Assembly (NCBI GenBank): GCA_964016885.1
Contig: OZ024742.1
Coordinates: forward strand, 63,302,001 to 63,366,000
Length of the DNA: 64,000 nt
Source of the DNA: Eledone cirrhosa
Lineage: Eukaryota
Reading direction: 5' to 3'
Within the stretch, counting starts at the first letter, position 1. The number at the start of each line of letters is the position of its first letter. Made by a program: the position numbers and the translations under genes. The notes beneath the pieces were generated by a model. It saw nothing but the letters and a program-made list of their open reading frames with translations. It was not told the origin of the DNA and made no database searches. Positions 43,690 through 57,113 of this stretch are shown one piece after another.

Positions 43690-44185
43690 TGTTATTGTGT
43701 TGCTGTTGCTGTTACTGCTGTTTTTGTGCTGTTGATATCACTACTGTTGTGGTGCTGCTGTTACTGCTGCTGCTACTGCTACTGCTGCTGTTACTATTAC
43801 TATTGTTGTTGTGTTGCTGTTGCTGTTACTGCTGTTTTTGTGCTGTTGATTTCACTACTGTTGTGGTGCTGCTGCTTCTGCTGCTACTACTGCTGCTGTT
43901 GCTGTTACTATTTTTGTTGTGTTGCTGTTGATTTCACTACTGTTGTGGTGCTGCTGCTACTGCTGCTGTTACTATTGTTGTTGTTTGCTGTTGCTGTTAC
44001 TGCTGTTTTTGTGCTGTTGATATCACTACTGTTGTGGTGCTGCTGCTACTGCTGCTGTTACTATTGTTGTTGTTTGCTGTTGCTGTTACTGCTGTTTTTG
44101 TGCTGTTGATATCACTACTGTTGTGGTGCTGCTGCTACTGCTGCTGTTACTATTGTTGTTGTTTGCTGTTGCTGCTGCTGCTGCC
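43690..44185. repeat. Degenerate tandem repeat (~70-110-bp units) built from CTG/TTG triplets
   Basis: Repeated tgctgttactgctgtttttgtgctgttgatatcactactgttgtggtgctgctg. Confidence 0.8.
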
Positions 44186-44446
44186 GTTGTTTACAAGCCT
44201 CTGTCTGTATATATATATATATATAGTATCTGTCAGTGACCTGTTAGCTATTAGCTTTAGTTGGTGTCATTTGAGACGTCCAATTGACACAAACATCTTT
44301 GAAGACTGAACACACTCCACTGTCTTTTATAGATAAAATTAACGACGAACAATGACGACGTAAATCTTATGGAGTTTAAAGAACAACATCTACAACAACA
44401 ACACACACACACACCTGGAACAATATCTACAGCAATACACACACAT

Positions 44447-44530
<84 letters not shown>

Positions 44531-44694
44531 ATAAATCTACATATATTTATGATAATTTTTCTCTCATATCTTCTCATATCTTTATCTCAAGAAGAGATGT
44601 GGTCTTGGGAGGGAGCGTTAGTGAATATATATATACATACATATATATATACATACATACATACATATATATATATATATTTTATATATATATT

Positions 44695-44729
<35 letters not shown>

Positions 44730-44772
44730 GTATATGTATGTATGCATGTATGTATATATATGTGTATATAAG

Positions 44773-44906
<134 letters not shown>

Positions 44907-46749
44907 TGTCTGTGTGTGTATCTCTTTTCAAAGAAATAGCTGTCGTATAAAATACATTATCAGTATGATAGACATAACAAATAAATATCATTGACTCGGG
45001 ATAAAGAGATAACGACATTAGTATGACAATACCTTTGTATATAGATATAATGGAAGAATGGACAACTAGATAGACAGACAGATAGATATACAGATTGACA
45101 GATAGAAGGAAGGCCAGATACACAGCTAAACAGACAGATGAGATAGACAGGCAGATAGAAGGACCGACAGATAGAATGAAAGTTCTTTTGTCCTTGAGTT
45201 TATTTTAGACATTATGGCTAAGGCCATACTGGATCACCACTTTCACGCTTAAAATGTATCCAGTTTTCTTTTCTTTTGTTTTTTTTTAAAAAGTAGTACA
45301 AGGTATTCGGGTCGGTAGAATCCTTAGTGTTAAACCAATGCTTTGTAGTGTTCCTTCCTGCTCTTATACGTTCTCAGTTCAAATCTCGCTGCGGTCAGCT
45401 CTGCCTTTCATTCTCAAAGGTGATCGACACTATAAAGTACCAGTCATGTACAGGGTTATATATATATAATCGACTTTACCCTCCACTTCAAATTACTGAC
45501 TTAGTAGTTGAATTAGAAAGTATTGAGGACGGTAGAAATGTTAGTGTCAAATATAATACTTGGTGTTATTTCCGGTTCTTTACGTTCTAAGTTCAAATCC
45601 CACAGGGGTTACCTTTGCCTGTCATACTCTCACGGGGTGTCGACAACCCCTTTCCCCAAAAAATTGTTGTCATTGTGTCTAAATTCGTTACCAATAATTA
45701 GTGAGAGGCGGGCAGTGGTTTGCAGAATCGGACAAAGTTTCTTGCACTATTTAGTTATTGTCCATCGCGTTCTACGTCCAAATCCCACCGTGATCGACCT
45801 TTGACCCCACTCCCAGGATTGATCTAGCGTACTTCAATCGTATACTGAGGATGCCTAAAATCGACTTTATACCCTTGTACTTACGTCAGAAATTACAGGG
45901 GCGAGGTACAATGGATTATATCGATGCCAGTACTTGTTATTCAATTCCGTTATGTTCCTTCTCTTTTGAAGAGGCTGGAGATTATTCGTTTCCAGTGTAG
46001 TTTGTCTCTGCACTTATCATATATGGGACTTATTTCCATTGTTTTATTGAGAGTTGTTCCTAGAAAGTTATACATGAGTAGGGTCCCCAATTCCTTGCTT
46101 ACAGTTATACATGAATATGGTGTCCTATTTCTTGTTCACAATTGAAATTACTGTCCATCAGTTATACATGAGCATGGGCCCCAATTCTTTGTAGGACCTC
46201 AATTGATGTTGCTGCTCATCAGTTTAGAGCAGATTTTTCCGCCTGGGACAGATTTATGTAGGTCTGCACCCGCCTCGCCAGGATGTCGTAATAGAGCATT
46301 GCAATATATTTAAAGAGAAGCATCTCCACTCCACACACACACACATACACATAGACATTAATCCACTGCATTTTGGGGTAAGCCTCGCTATTGTTACACG
46401 ACTGCTTATTAATTAGTCAACAGAAAAAAATGGGGATAATACTCGTGGCTTTCATACACTCTTAGACAAGTAAGATCAATGCAGCTCAAGTTCAAAATTA
46501 ACTTCTATCTATCACCAAAAAAGCAAAGCAGGTGTGTGTGGGTGTCAGTTGTTCAGAATTCTAGATGGGGCCAGGATAGATCCCTTTAGAATAGACCTCT
46601 AGGAAGGAAACAAATACAAGTATTTATTTAATGGGGGGAGGGGGGCTTGTAGATAAAGGCTGGTGGAGTAGTGAGATATAAATAGAATAATGAGGAGGAA
46701 GAATAACAAGACTTACGTAAGGTATGGTGAGAGAAACACTGAGGGTTAT

Positions 46750-47387
46750 AAACCCTTTCATTACTATATTTCTAATGAAAGATATTGCCTAACATTTTCA
46801 AATCATTTCGAAATTAATGACGAATTTGGAGTGATTTAGTAATATGATTAATTTTCACATTATTAAATTGGTGTTTGGAATATAACTTAAGAAAGCTTTT
46901 ACGTAAAATTATGGTGGAAGGGTTTTAGATAAATATAAATACTTTAACACTTTCGTTACCATATTTCTAATGGAAGACACTACCTATCATTTTCAAATAA
47001 TATTGAAAATAATGAAGAATTTAGAGTGATTTAGTAATATTACTAACTTTCACATTATTAAGCTGGAACGTAACTTAACGATGGTTCTTACGTAAAATTA
47101 TGGCGGAAGGCTTTTAGATAGATATAAAAAGTTCAACCCTTACGTTACCATATTTCTGATGAAATACACTGTCTATCATTTGCAAATAAATTTTTTGATA
47201 ATGAAGAATTTGGAGTGATTTAGTAATAGCTAACTTCGACATTATTAAGCTGGCGTTTGGAACGTAACTTAACAAAGATTATTACGTAAAATCATAATGG
47301 AAGATTTTTAGATAAACACTTTAAAACAAACAGCTTTGTGCCATAGAACACTTGCCGGTTTCAGGCGGTTTCATATCAAAAGGGTTG
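46750..47387 (+). mobile_element. piggyBac-like non-autonomous element with its ~200-bp left portion tandemly triplicated
   Basis: Three units starting aaccctttc(g/a)ttac; right end tatcaaaagggtt; related copies near 12285-12537 (ending gggttaa) and 36790-37040. Confidence 0.5.
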
Positions 47388-47991
47388 GTTTAATCGGGTA
47401 GGGCGATAGAGGGATGAGGGGAAACGCGTGTTTCAGATGGGCTTGCAAATTCAATCTATAAAACGAGACAATGAATGAAAATATTTCAAACATTTTGGAA
47501 GGACCAACATGTGACACCCAGCACATCTGTTCTTGTATTTGACATTCCAACAATGGCGCTTTGTTTCACAATTGGGTATTAAACCCCCACCTTTTCTTTC
47601 ATTTTTTTTTCAGGCGAACGCAAAAAAATAAATAAGTAAAAGCACTCGACACAAATTAAACCTTTTTTTTAATTGGGTGACATTTTTAATTGGATGACAT
47701 TAATTTAAACTGTGTACAGTTGAACGGGTAACTGTACATTCCTATGACAAGTGTTAGGTCTTTGGTTAGAGAAGGTTATTTACCCGGAGCAGGAATTTAA
47801 AAGGATTGTTTTTCTTTTCTTCTTTTACTGGTTTAAGTCATTAGACTGCGGCCATGCTGGGGTAAAGCCTTCAAGGGATTTTGTCGATCATATCGACCCC
47901 AATACTTATTAATGCTTTCAAGTTTTGTACTTATTTTATCGATCTCTTTTCGCCGAGTGGTTAAGTTACGAGACACAAACAATAAACGGAA

Positions 47992-48478
<487 letters not shown>

Positions 48479-48698
48479 AGGGGGTGTAACTTGGAGTTAC
48501 TGCAGGTTCACCCGGAAGAGCAGCACTCGATGTTTAGGCTCACTTCTGTGATGAGCATTTTAAAGGGTCCGTCGAGCCGCCGATTATTGAGTCGGGTAGG
48601 ATCGATACAGATCGAACCTTGAGCTGATCAGTGGCGAAACGCGCGTCACCTACCAATAAATGCAATGAAGGAGTAATCAATCGTCCTTGTTATCCTTT

Positions 48699-48727
<29 letters not shown>

Positions 48728-48729
<2 letters not shown>

Positions 48730-48920
48730 ACAAAGGAATTGTGGTAAGGAACCAGATGGACCAAAACGCACCAGAGTACTCAATACTTAGGGTATTAGAG
48801 TGGGAAATAGGAAAAAGTATGACCCCGACGGCAGAGCTCAAGTCGTTTCGACGGCTATTTCTGGACTCCAGAAATAGCCGTCGAAACGGCTTGAGCTCTG
48901 CCGTCGAGGTCATTCTTTTT

Positions 48921-48925
<5 letters not shown>
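48728..48925. mobile_element. Family A fold-back insert in (TA)n
   Basis: IR 48807-48925 centred at 48866; unpaired extension 48728-48806. Confidence 0.8.
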
Positions 48926-48973
<48 letters not shown>

Positions 48974-49519
48974 ATATTATATATATATACGCCATGTTTA
49001 CGAATAAACATTTGAAAGCCTTTAGCTAAGAAGTTTGGAAGTTGGTGGCATATATATATATATGTGTGCGTGTGTGTGTGTGTGTATAATGTGTGTCTAT
49101 GTGTGTATATGTGTGTATGTGTGTGTGATTACGTTTACTGTTTACATGCGATGTGCTTCCATACAGTTTCTGTCGGTCAAATTTCATACACGATGCATTG
49201 CTCAATCCGAGCTTATACTGGAAGACACTTGCCCAAGATGTGGGAGTGATGGGCCGAACCCACGTGTTTACAAAGCAAACTCCTTAACTACACAGCTATG
49301 ACTGAGCCTAGTAAATATTTCTTACACAGGTAGAAACCCAGAAATTTAGATGAGTCGGATAGGGGAAAGGTAGGATGGGATAAATTCGATCATATTGATC
49401 TCAGTACAATTATATCAATGCCTATCAGCTAACCCACAAGGTCAGCAATTTAGAGATGTGGGGCAGTCTATTATATTTTATCGTCCCCGGCGGTATTTGA
49501 AATAAGAATGTAAAGGGCC

Positions 49520-51900
49520 ATATACAGATACATAAACACACAGATACAGACATATAGAAACACACATACACAGACATACATATATACAGACACATACACA
49601 GACACACATATATACAGAAACATACACAGACATACATATATACAGACACATACACAGACACACATATATACAGAAACATACACAGACATACATATATACA
49701 GACACATACACAGACACACATATATACAGACACATACACAGACATACATATATACAGACACATACACAGACATACATATATACAGACACATACACAGACA
49801 CACATATATACAGACACATACACAGACATACATATATACAGACTCATACACAGACATACATATATACAGACACATACACAGACACACATATATACAGACA
49901 CATACACAGATATACATATATACAGACACATACACAGACACACATATATACAGACACATACACAGATATACATATATACAGACACATACACAGACATACA
50001 TATATACAAACACATACACAGTCACACATATATACAGACACATACACAGACATACATATATACAGACACATACACAGACATACATATATACAGACACATA
50101 CACAGACATACATATATACAGACACATACACAGACATACATATATACAGACACATACACAGACATACATATATACAAACACATACACAGACACACATATA
50201 TACAGACACATACACAGACACACATATATACAGACACATACACAGACATACATATATACAGACACATACACAGACATACATATATACAGACACATACACA
50301 GACATACATATATACAGACACATACACAGACATACATATATACAGACACATACACAGACATACATATATACAGACACATACACAGACATACATATATCCA
50401 GACACATACACAGACACACATATATACAGACACATACACAGACACACATATATACAGACACATACACAGACATACATATATACAGACACATACACAGTCA
50501 CACATATATACAGACACATACACAGACATACATATATACAGACACATACACAGACATACATATATACAAACACATACACAGACACACATATATACAGACA
50601 CATACACAGACACACATATATACAGACACATACACAGACATACATATATACAGACACATACACAGACATACATATATACAGACACATACACAGACATACA
50701 TATATACAGACACATACACAGACATACATATATACAGACACATACAGAGACATACATATATACAGACACATACACAGACATACATATATCCAGACACATA
50801 CACAGACACACATATATACAGACACATACACAGACATACATATATACAGACACATACACAGTCACACATATATACAGACACATACACAGACATACATATA
50901 TACAGACACATACACAGACATACATATATACAGACACATACACATACATACATATATACAAACACATACACAGACACACATATATACAGACAGATACACA
51001 GACATACATATATACAGACACATACACAGACATACATATATACAAACACATACACAGACACACATATATACAGACACATACACAGACATACATATATACA
51101 GACACATACACAGACACACATATATACAGACACATACACAGACATACATATATACAGACACATACACAGACATACATATATACAGACACATACACAGACA
51201 TACATATATACAAACACATACACAGACACACATATATACAGACACATACACAGACATACATATATACAGACACATACACAGACATACATATATACAAACA
51301 CATACACAGACACACATATATACAGACACATACACAGACATACATATATACAGACACATACACAGACACACATATATACAGACACATACACAGACATACA
51401 TATATACAGACTCATACACAGACATACATATATACAAACACATACACAGACATACATATATACAGACACATATACAGACACACATATATACAGACACATA
51501 CACAGACACACATATATACAGACACATACACAGACATACATATATACAGACACATACACAGACACACATATATACAGACACATACGCAGACATACATATA
51601 TACAGACACATACACAGACATACATATATACAGACACATACACAGACATACATATATACAGACACATACACAGACATACATATATACAGACACATACACA
51701 GACACACATATATACAGACACATACACAGACACACATATATACAGACACATACACAGACATACATATATACAGACTCATACACAGACACACATATATGCA
51801 GACACATACACAGACACACATATATACAGACACATACACAGACATACATATATACAGACACATACACCGACATACATATATACAGACACAAAGACAGACA
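49520..51900. repeat. 28-bp minisatellite, consensus CAGACACATACACAGACATACATATATA, roughly 80-85 units
   Basis: Direct reading; produces the long periodic MCLYICMSVYVSVY ORFs. Confidence 0.95.
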
Positions 51901-52280
51901 TACATATATACAGACATACAGGCATATAGACACACAAAAACACATACTCAGCCACAGACATACATATATACAGACACACAGACATACAGACATACAGACA
52001 CACAGACACACAGACACACAAAAGCACATACTCAGACACAGACATACAGACACACACAGACATACTGACATACAGACATACAAAAACACATACTCAGACA
52101 CACACACACATACAGACATACAGACACACAGGCACACAGACACACAAAAGCACATACTCAGACACAGACATACAGACACACACAGACATACAAAAGCACA
52201 TACTCAGACACAGACATACAGACACACTGACATACAAAAACACATACTCAGACACACACACACAGACACACAAACACACA

Positions 52281-52357
<77 letters not shown>

Positions 52358-53216
52358 ACACACATCTATATATGGTAGTGATCAGTGACCAGAATGAAAA
52401 TATTTCATTAGTATCAAGCTGGTTGTGGTTGGTTTTATCGTTACTGACTTTAATTAACATGTGTGTCAGTAATTGTCATTAAGTTTGTGGTGTTAGTATG
52501 AGGGAAGAGAGAGAGAAATACGGAGTCGGAGAGAGGAGAGAGGGGGAGAGAGAAAGGAGAGAGAGGTACAGAGAAGGGGGGGTTGAGTGATGGGAGAGAG
52601 AGAGAACGAGAATAGGCAGAGAGAGAGAGAGCGCGCGGGGGAGTGGTAGGGAAAAATGGGAGAGAAGGGGCAGAGAGCGAGAATGGAGAGAGAGAGGGGA
52701 GGGGATGAGTGAGAGGGGGAGAGAGGACGAGAGGAGCGAAAGAGTAGAGAGAAGAGAGATAGAGGTAGATGAGAGAGAGAGAGAGAGAGAGAGAACGGAG
52801 AGAAAAGGTAAAGAGAGAGTGTGGTTGGGAGAAAGGGGAAGAGAAGAGCTGAGTGATAGGAAACCGCGAGAGGGGAAGAGAGAGAGAGGGGGAGGGAAGA
52901 GGGACAAGAGAGCGAGATATTAGAGAGAAGAGAGAGGGAGATGAGAGAGAGAGAGAGAGAGAGAAGGAGAAAGATAGAGTAGGGGATGGAGAGAGAATGA
53001 AGAGAGAAGTAGATGAGATACAGGGGAGAAGTGAGAGAGAAGAAAAAAATACAAAGAAACTAAGAAAAAGAATAAAACTATAAGAAACGATAATGGCAAC
53101 TACTGCTACCAATACTACCAGCACTACTACCACTACTACTACTATTGCCAATACCATCACCACCACCACAACACATTACTACTACTGCTGCTGCACCTGC
53201 TACTACTACTACTACC

Positions 53217-53266
<50 letters not shown>

Positions 53267-53767
53267 CACTAATAATACTACCACCACCACCACTACTACC
53301 TCTACTACTACTATTACTGCTACTCTTACTACTATCACCACCACCACCACCACGAACACCACCATCAATATTACTACTACTAGTACTACTATTACTACTA
53401 CTACTGATACTACTACTACTACCATCCCCAGTACCACATATATATGCGTGTGTTTGTGTGTGTGAGTGGTTGTTTGTACATGTGTGTATGTGCGCGCGTT
53501 TTGTTTATGTCAAGATGGTTGGTTGTCCGTCCATTATGGAGCCAATGTTCTTCGAAGGGACAAGGGTGAAATGAGATTTCCCAGAACAATGCAGTCTAAC
53601 ATAGTACTGCTAACAATACTAATATCTCATTTCATATGTTCCACTCTCGATGGAAGCAAAGTCTAAACAGTTTGGTCAGTTTCTAGGATTTTCCGCAGTG
53701 AAGTTCAATTCTGAGCCTCAGTTTTAAAACGTTGATTATTTAAAAAGCTATGTAAATTGTATCTATG

Positions 53768-54308
53768 TTCTTCTGATTTTATAATTTCACAAATTTTTAC
53801 CAATAGAGAGAGAGTCGGTTTCTAACATAGACACAAGAATCTCATTGGAATTTACTCAACATCCACTAGGTAGATATGTATGCATGCATGCTTGTGTAGA
53901 TATGGATGTTATTGTATGTGTGGATGTGTTTGTTTTGAGTTGTATGTGTGCATGTGTATGGTTTGTATCTGTATATGTATATACAGTTATTAGATGCAAA
54001 ACTTTTGGAATGTTTTACATATTTTTACTGTTCCATTAATGGATTGTACTATTAATTTCCTAACTAGTTGTGTTCTTTCTGTTCCTGTGAAGCCTAGCTT
54101 CTCAAGATTTGTATTGAGGCAGTTACTAACATATCCCAGTGCCCCAATAATCACAGGCATAAATCTGAAGGTGTAATCAGGGTGGAGTATCTGCAGATTT
54201 CTCAGTCCTGCATAAATATTCTCCTTTTCGCTAATCTTTGATATTATATTGGCATCTGGTGGGCAGCTAATTTCCACTACTGTGCATGCTCAAGAGTGAC
54301 CCGACATA
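53768..54308 (-). mobile_element. R4-like LINE 3' part (RLE end and 3' UTR), apparently fused to the family's 5' tip
   Basis: ORF 53990-54277 MEISCPPDANII...KICKTFQKFCI closely matches ORF 3247-3540. Confidence 0.85.
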
Positions 54309-54402
54309 ACATACATACATACATACATACATACATACATACATACATACATACATACATACATACATACATACATACATACATACATACATACATACGT
54401 AC

Positions 54403-54437
<35 letters not shown>

Positions 54438-54799
54438 CGTGCGTAAACAGTGATCTAGAGATTTCGAAAATCCAGACACTGCAATGCAGTTTGGAGAGAG
54501 ATTAAATATAAATAGGAACATAGGTTGAGTGTAAAAGTATTTAATAACACTGTGACAACAATAATATTGCCACAAGTTTCTTGATAGATGTTCTGTTTGC
54601 TGAAACGAAATTCCAGGCGTCGTAATCCTGTGGCCTATTATTCATTTTTTTTATCATTTAGCATAATCACCGGATTAAATAATAATAATAATGTATATAT
54701 CACTATTTGACCCCGTGGAAATTCCATGGATTAATAAAAAAAATAACTACCGCGTGTTAGATATCACGCTTAATCCACATACACACACACAAACACACA

Positions 54800-54888
<89 letters not shown>

Positions 54889-54893
<5 letters not shown>

Positions 54894-55128
54894 AACCAGT
54901 AAGACCCCGACAGCTGAGCTCAAGCCGTTTCGACGGCTAATTCTGGACTAATTCAGTCCAGAATTCGACGGCTAATTCAGTCCAGAATTAGCCGTCGAAA
55001 CGGCTTGAGCTCAGCTGTCGGGGTCAGCTGTCGGGGTCTTACTGGTTCCTATTACCCACTCTACTACCTCAAGTATTGAGTACTTTGGTGCGTTATGGTC
55101 CACCTGGTTCCTTACCACATTTCCTTCG

Positions 55129-55131
<3 letters not shown>
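54889..55131. mobile_element. Family A fold-back insert in (TA)n with short duplications at the junction
   Basis: Left arm 54889-54949 is the reverse complement of about 54980-55052; 13-bp tandem duplication cagctgtcggggt; extension to 55131. Confidence 0.8.
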
Positions 55132-55181
<50 letters not shown>

Positions 55182-55224
55182 CAATGACAAAAGATCAAGG
55201 TTAACACCTTAAACCGTTTCTTTA

Positions 55225-55332
55225 ATTTCTACATCCATTCAATACGGTTACAATGTGAAAACTATCGGAAATGATTAATTAGTAATCCTTAACACTATAC
55301 ATAATACATATAACAGTATTTCTTCAGGAAAT
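55225..55332 (-). ncRNA. Degenerate hammerhead with very long stem II
   Basis: Minus strand atttc-CTGAAGA-aatactgtta...taaccgtatt-GAAT-ggat-GTA-gaaat; GAAA is mutated to GAAT. Confidence 0.5.
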
Positions 55333-55474
55333 GTGAGAAGGAACAAAGTTTACCAATCCAAAATGCAATACGAATAAACGAATAAACCCCTTAGCAAACA
55401 CTGAGCGTGAAGCAAGCAATTATATATATATACATATATATATACACACACACACACACATATATATATATATG

Positions 55475-55506
<32 letters not shown>

Positions 55507-55685
55507 GATGTGTGTGTATAAATATATCTATGTATATATATATATATACACCCAATGTGTATATCGATTTGTGTGGATTTAACACATATTGTGTGTGTGT
55601 GGAGGAATTATTTCTAGATTATATTGGAAAGAAGGAGGAGGAGATGTTTTCCTACGCAGGGCATATTAATTGTTGTATTAAAGTC

Positions 55686-55715
55686 TTAGGGTTAGGGTTA
55701 GGGTTAGGGTTAGGA
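55686..55715 (+). repeat. Short interstitial telomere-type repeat (TTAGGG)4 TTAGGA
   Basis: Direct reading. Confidence 0.85.
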
Positions 55716-56209
55716 TCTTTTGAATTGCTTTACGCCCATTGATTGATAATGGGTCAATTCTTTTACATTTTGAATTTGGTAAACTTTGTTCCTTCTCACA
55801 TTTCCTGAAGAAATACAGTTATATGTATTATGTATAGCGTTAAGAATTTCTAAGTTGGCAAGCCACGTATGGTCACTCAACGATGAGGACGTGAACTTCT
55901 CCGAAAAAAAGAAACCTCACTAAATCGAGACCATACAGAAATGGATCGAGATCCTCTAAGTTGTGCATCGATGAAAGAGTAAATATCTCACAGAGGTTTC
56001 TTAACAGTGTTAAGCCATATTTTTAATCGCTGCGTCCATTGCTGCGAAATTTCAATTGCGTAACTGGAAGGAGCCAAAATAACCAGAAGTTTAACCCACC
56101 CCAAACTATCACAATAGTCATACCTGAGCTGTCTCTCTTGTCATTCAACTACTGACATCTGCCGCGCAGAATCTAGCTAGCTCATAAATACTTCCACTCT
56201 CACTATAAC

Positions 56210-56259
56210 CATACACAAGTTGAAGAATCCTTCGGGTGAAACGCGAGTTTTCAGGTATG
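56210..56259 (+). ncRNA. Hammerhead-like motif in a PLE-like end terminating in (TA)n at ~56357
   Basis: catac-acaag-TTGAAGA-atccttcgggt-GAAAC-gcga-GTT-ttcag-gtatg; proximal stem I is poorly paired. Confidence 0.45.
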
Positions 56260-56497
56260 TTTTGATAATTTGTTGGGGGAATTAACCATATACTGAACTC
56301 GTCCGTTGAACTGAGTGCTCTTGCAACTCTAGATATAACCTCCCGGTTCTTTAACTATATATATATATACATACATCGTTAGAACTCTATGTAATCCAGA
56401 AGTAATAATTCCAACGGGATCAGGTGATGAGGGTTCTCGTTTCGTAGTAGGCTTTCATCATATTTGATTCTGTTGAGCATTCAAACGAGCTACAGCG

Positions 56498-56556
<59 letters not shown>

Positions 56557-56560
<4 letters not shown>

Positions 56561-56975
56561 AAAGAATAGAGGTGTAACACACAAGTTATTATATATTGGT
56601 AAACGGAATAGAAAATGGTGACAAATTGTTCACAGTTGAAAAATGGTTTAATTAGAAATAAAAGAGTATTAGTGATTGTATGGGTTAGTATTCAGTTGTG
56701 GTTTTAAGTTTTTAAGTTTTTACCGGTTGCGCATTTCTAAATGCTTTTCAAAAATAATTTTGAGATAGAGTGTCCGTGTTGTTTGCTCTGATCAGAGCAA
56801 ACAACACAGACACTCTATCTCAAAATTATTTTTGAAAAGCATTTAGAAATGCGCAACCGGTAAAAACTTAAAACCAAAACTGAATACTAACCAATACAAT
56901 TACTAATACTCTTTTATTCCTAATTAAACTATTTTTCAACTGTGAACAATTTGTCAGCATTTTCTATTCCGTTTA

Positions 56976-56985
<10 letters not shown>
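56557..56985. mobile_element. Spacerless ~200-bp-arm palindrome inserted in (TA)n, with a U3-A8 hammerhead-like motif in each arm
   Basis: Centre ctctga|tcagag at 56791/56792; right arm 56828-56866 tttt-TTGAAAA-gcatttagaaatgc-GCAA-ccg-GTA-aaa. Confidence 0.8.
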
Positions 56986-57026
<41 letters not shown>

Positions 57027-57113
57027 CGCTTCTGAATTTGTTTAGCAAGATTCTTTATCTGAAAACGTGTGTTGAAACCGATATTATTATACTTTGGGAG
57101 GGTCATGTTGCCA

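Noticed and set aside
49520-51900. CRISPR-like periodicity
   Set aside because: Tandem units without unique spacers, in a eukaryotic context with no cas genes
49425-52179. Long ORFs up to 638 aa (MCLYICMSVYVSVY...)
   Set aside because: Translation of a stop-free 28-bp minisatellite, open in all three minus-strand frames; no evidence of a real protein
57056-57086. CTGAAAA-cgtgtgtt-GAAACCGATA as a hammerhead
   Set aside because: C3-A8 mismatch, stem II overlaps the core and stem III is imperfect; not counted
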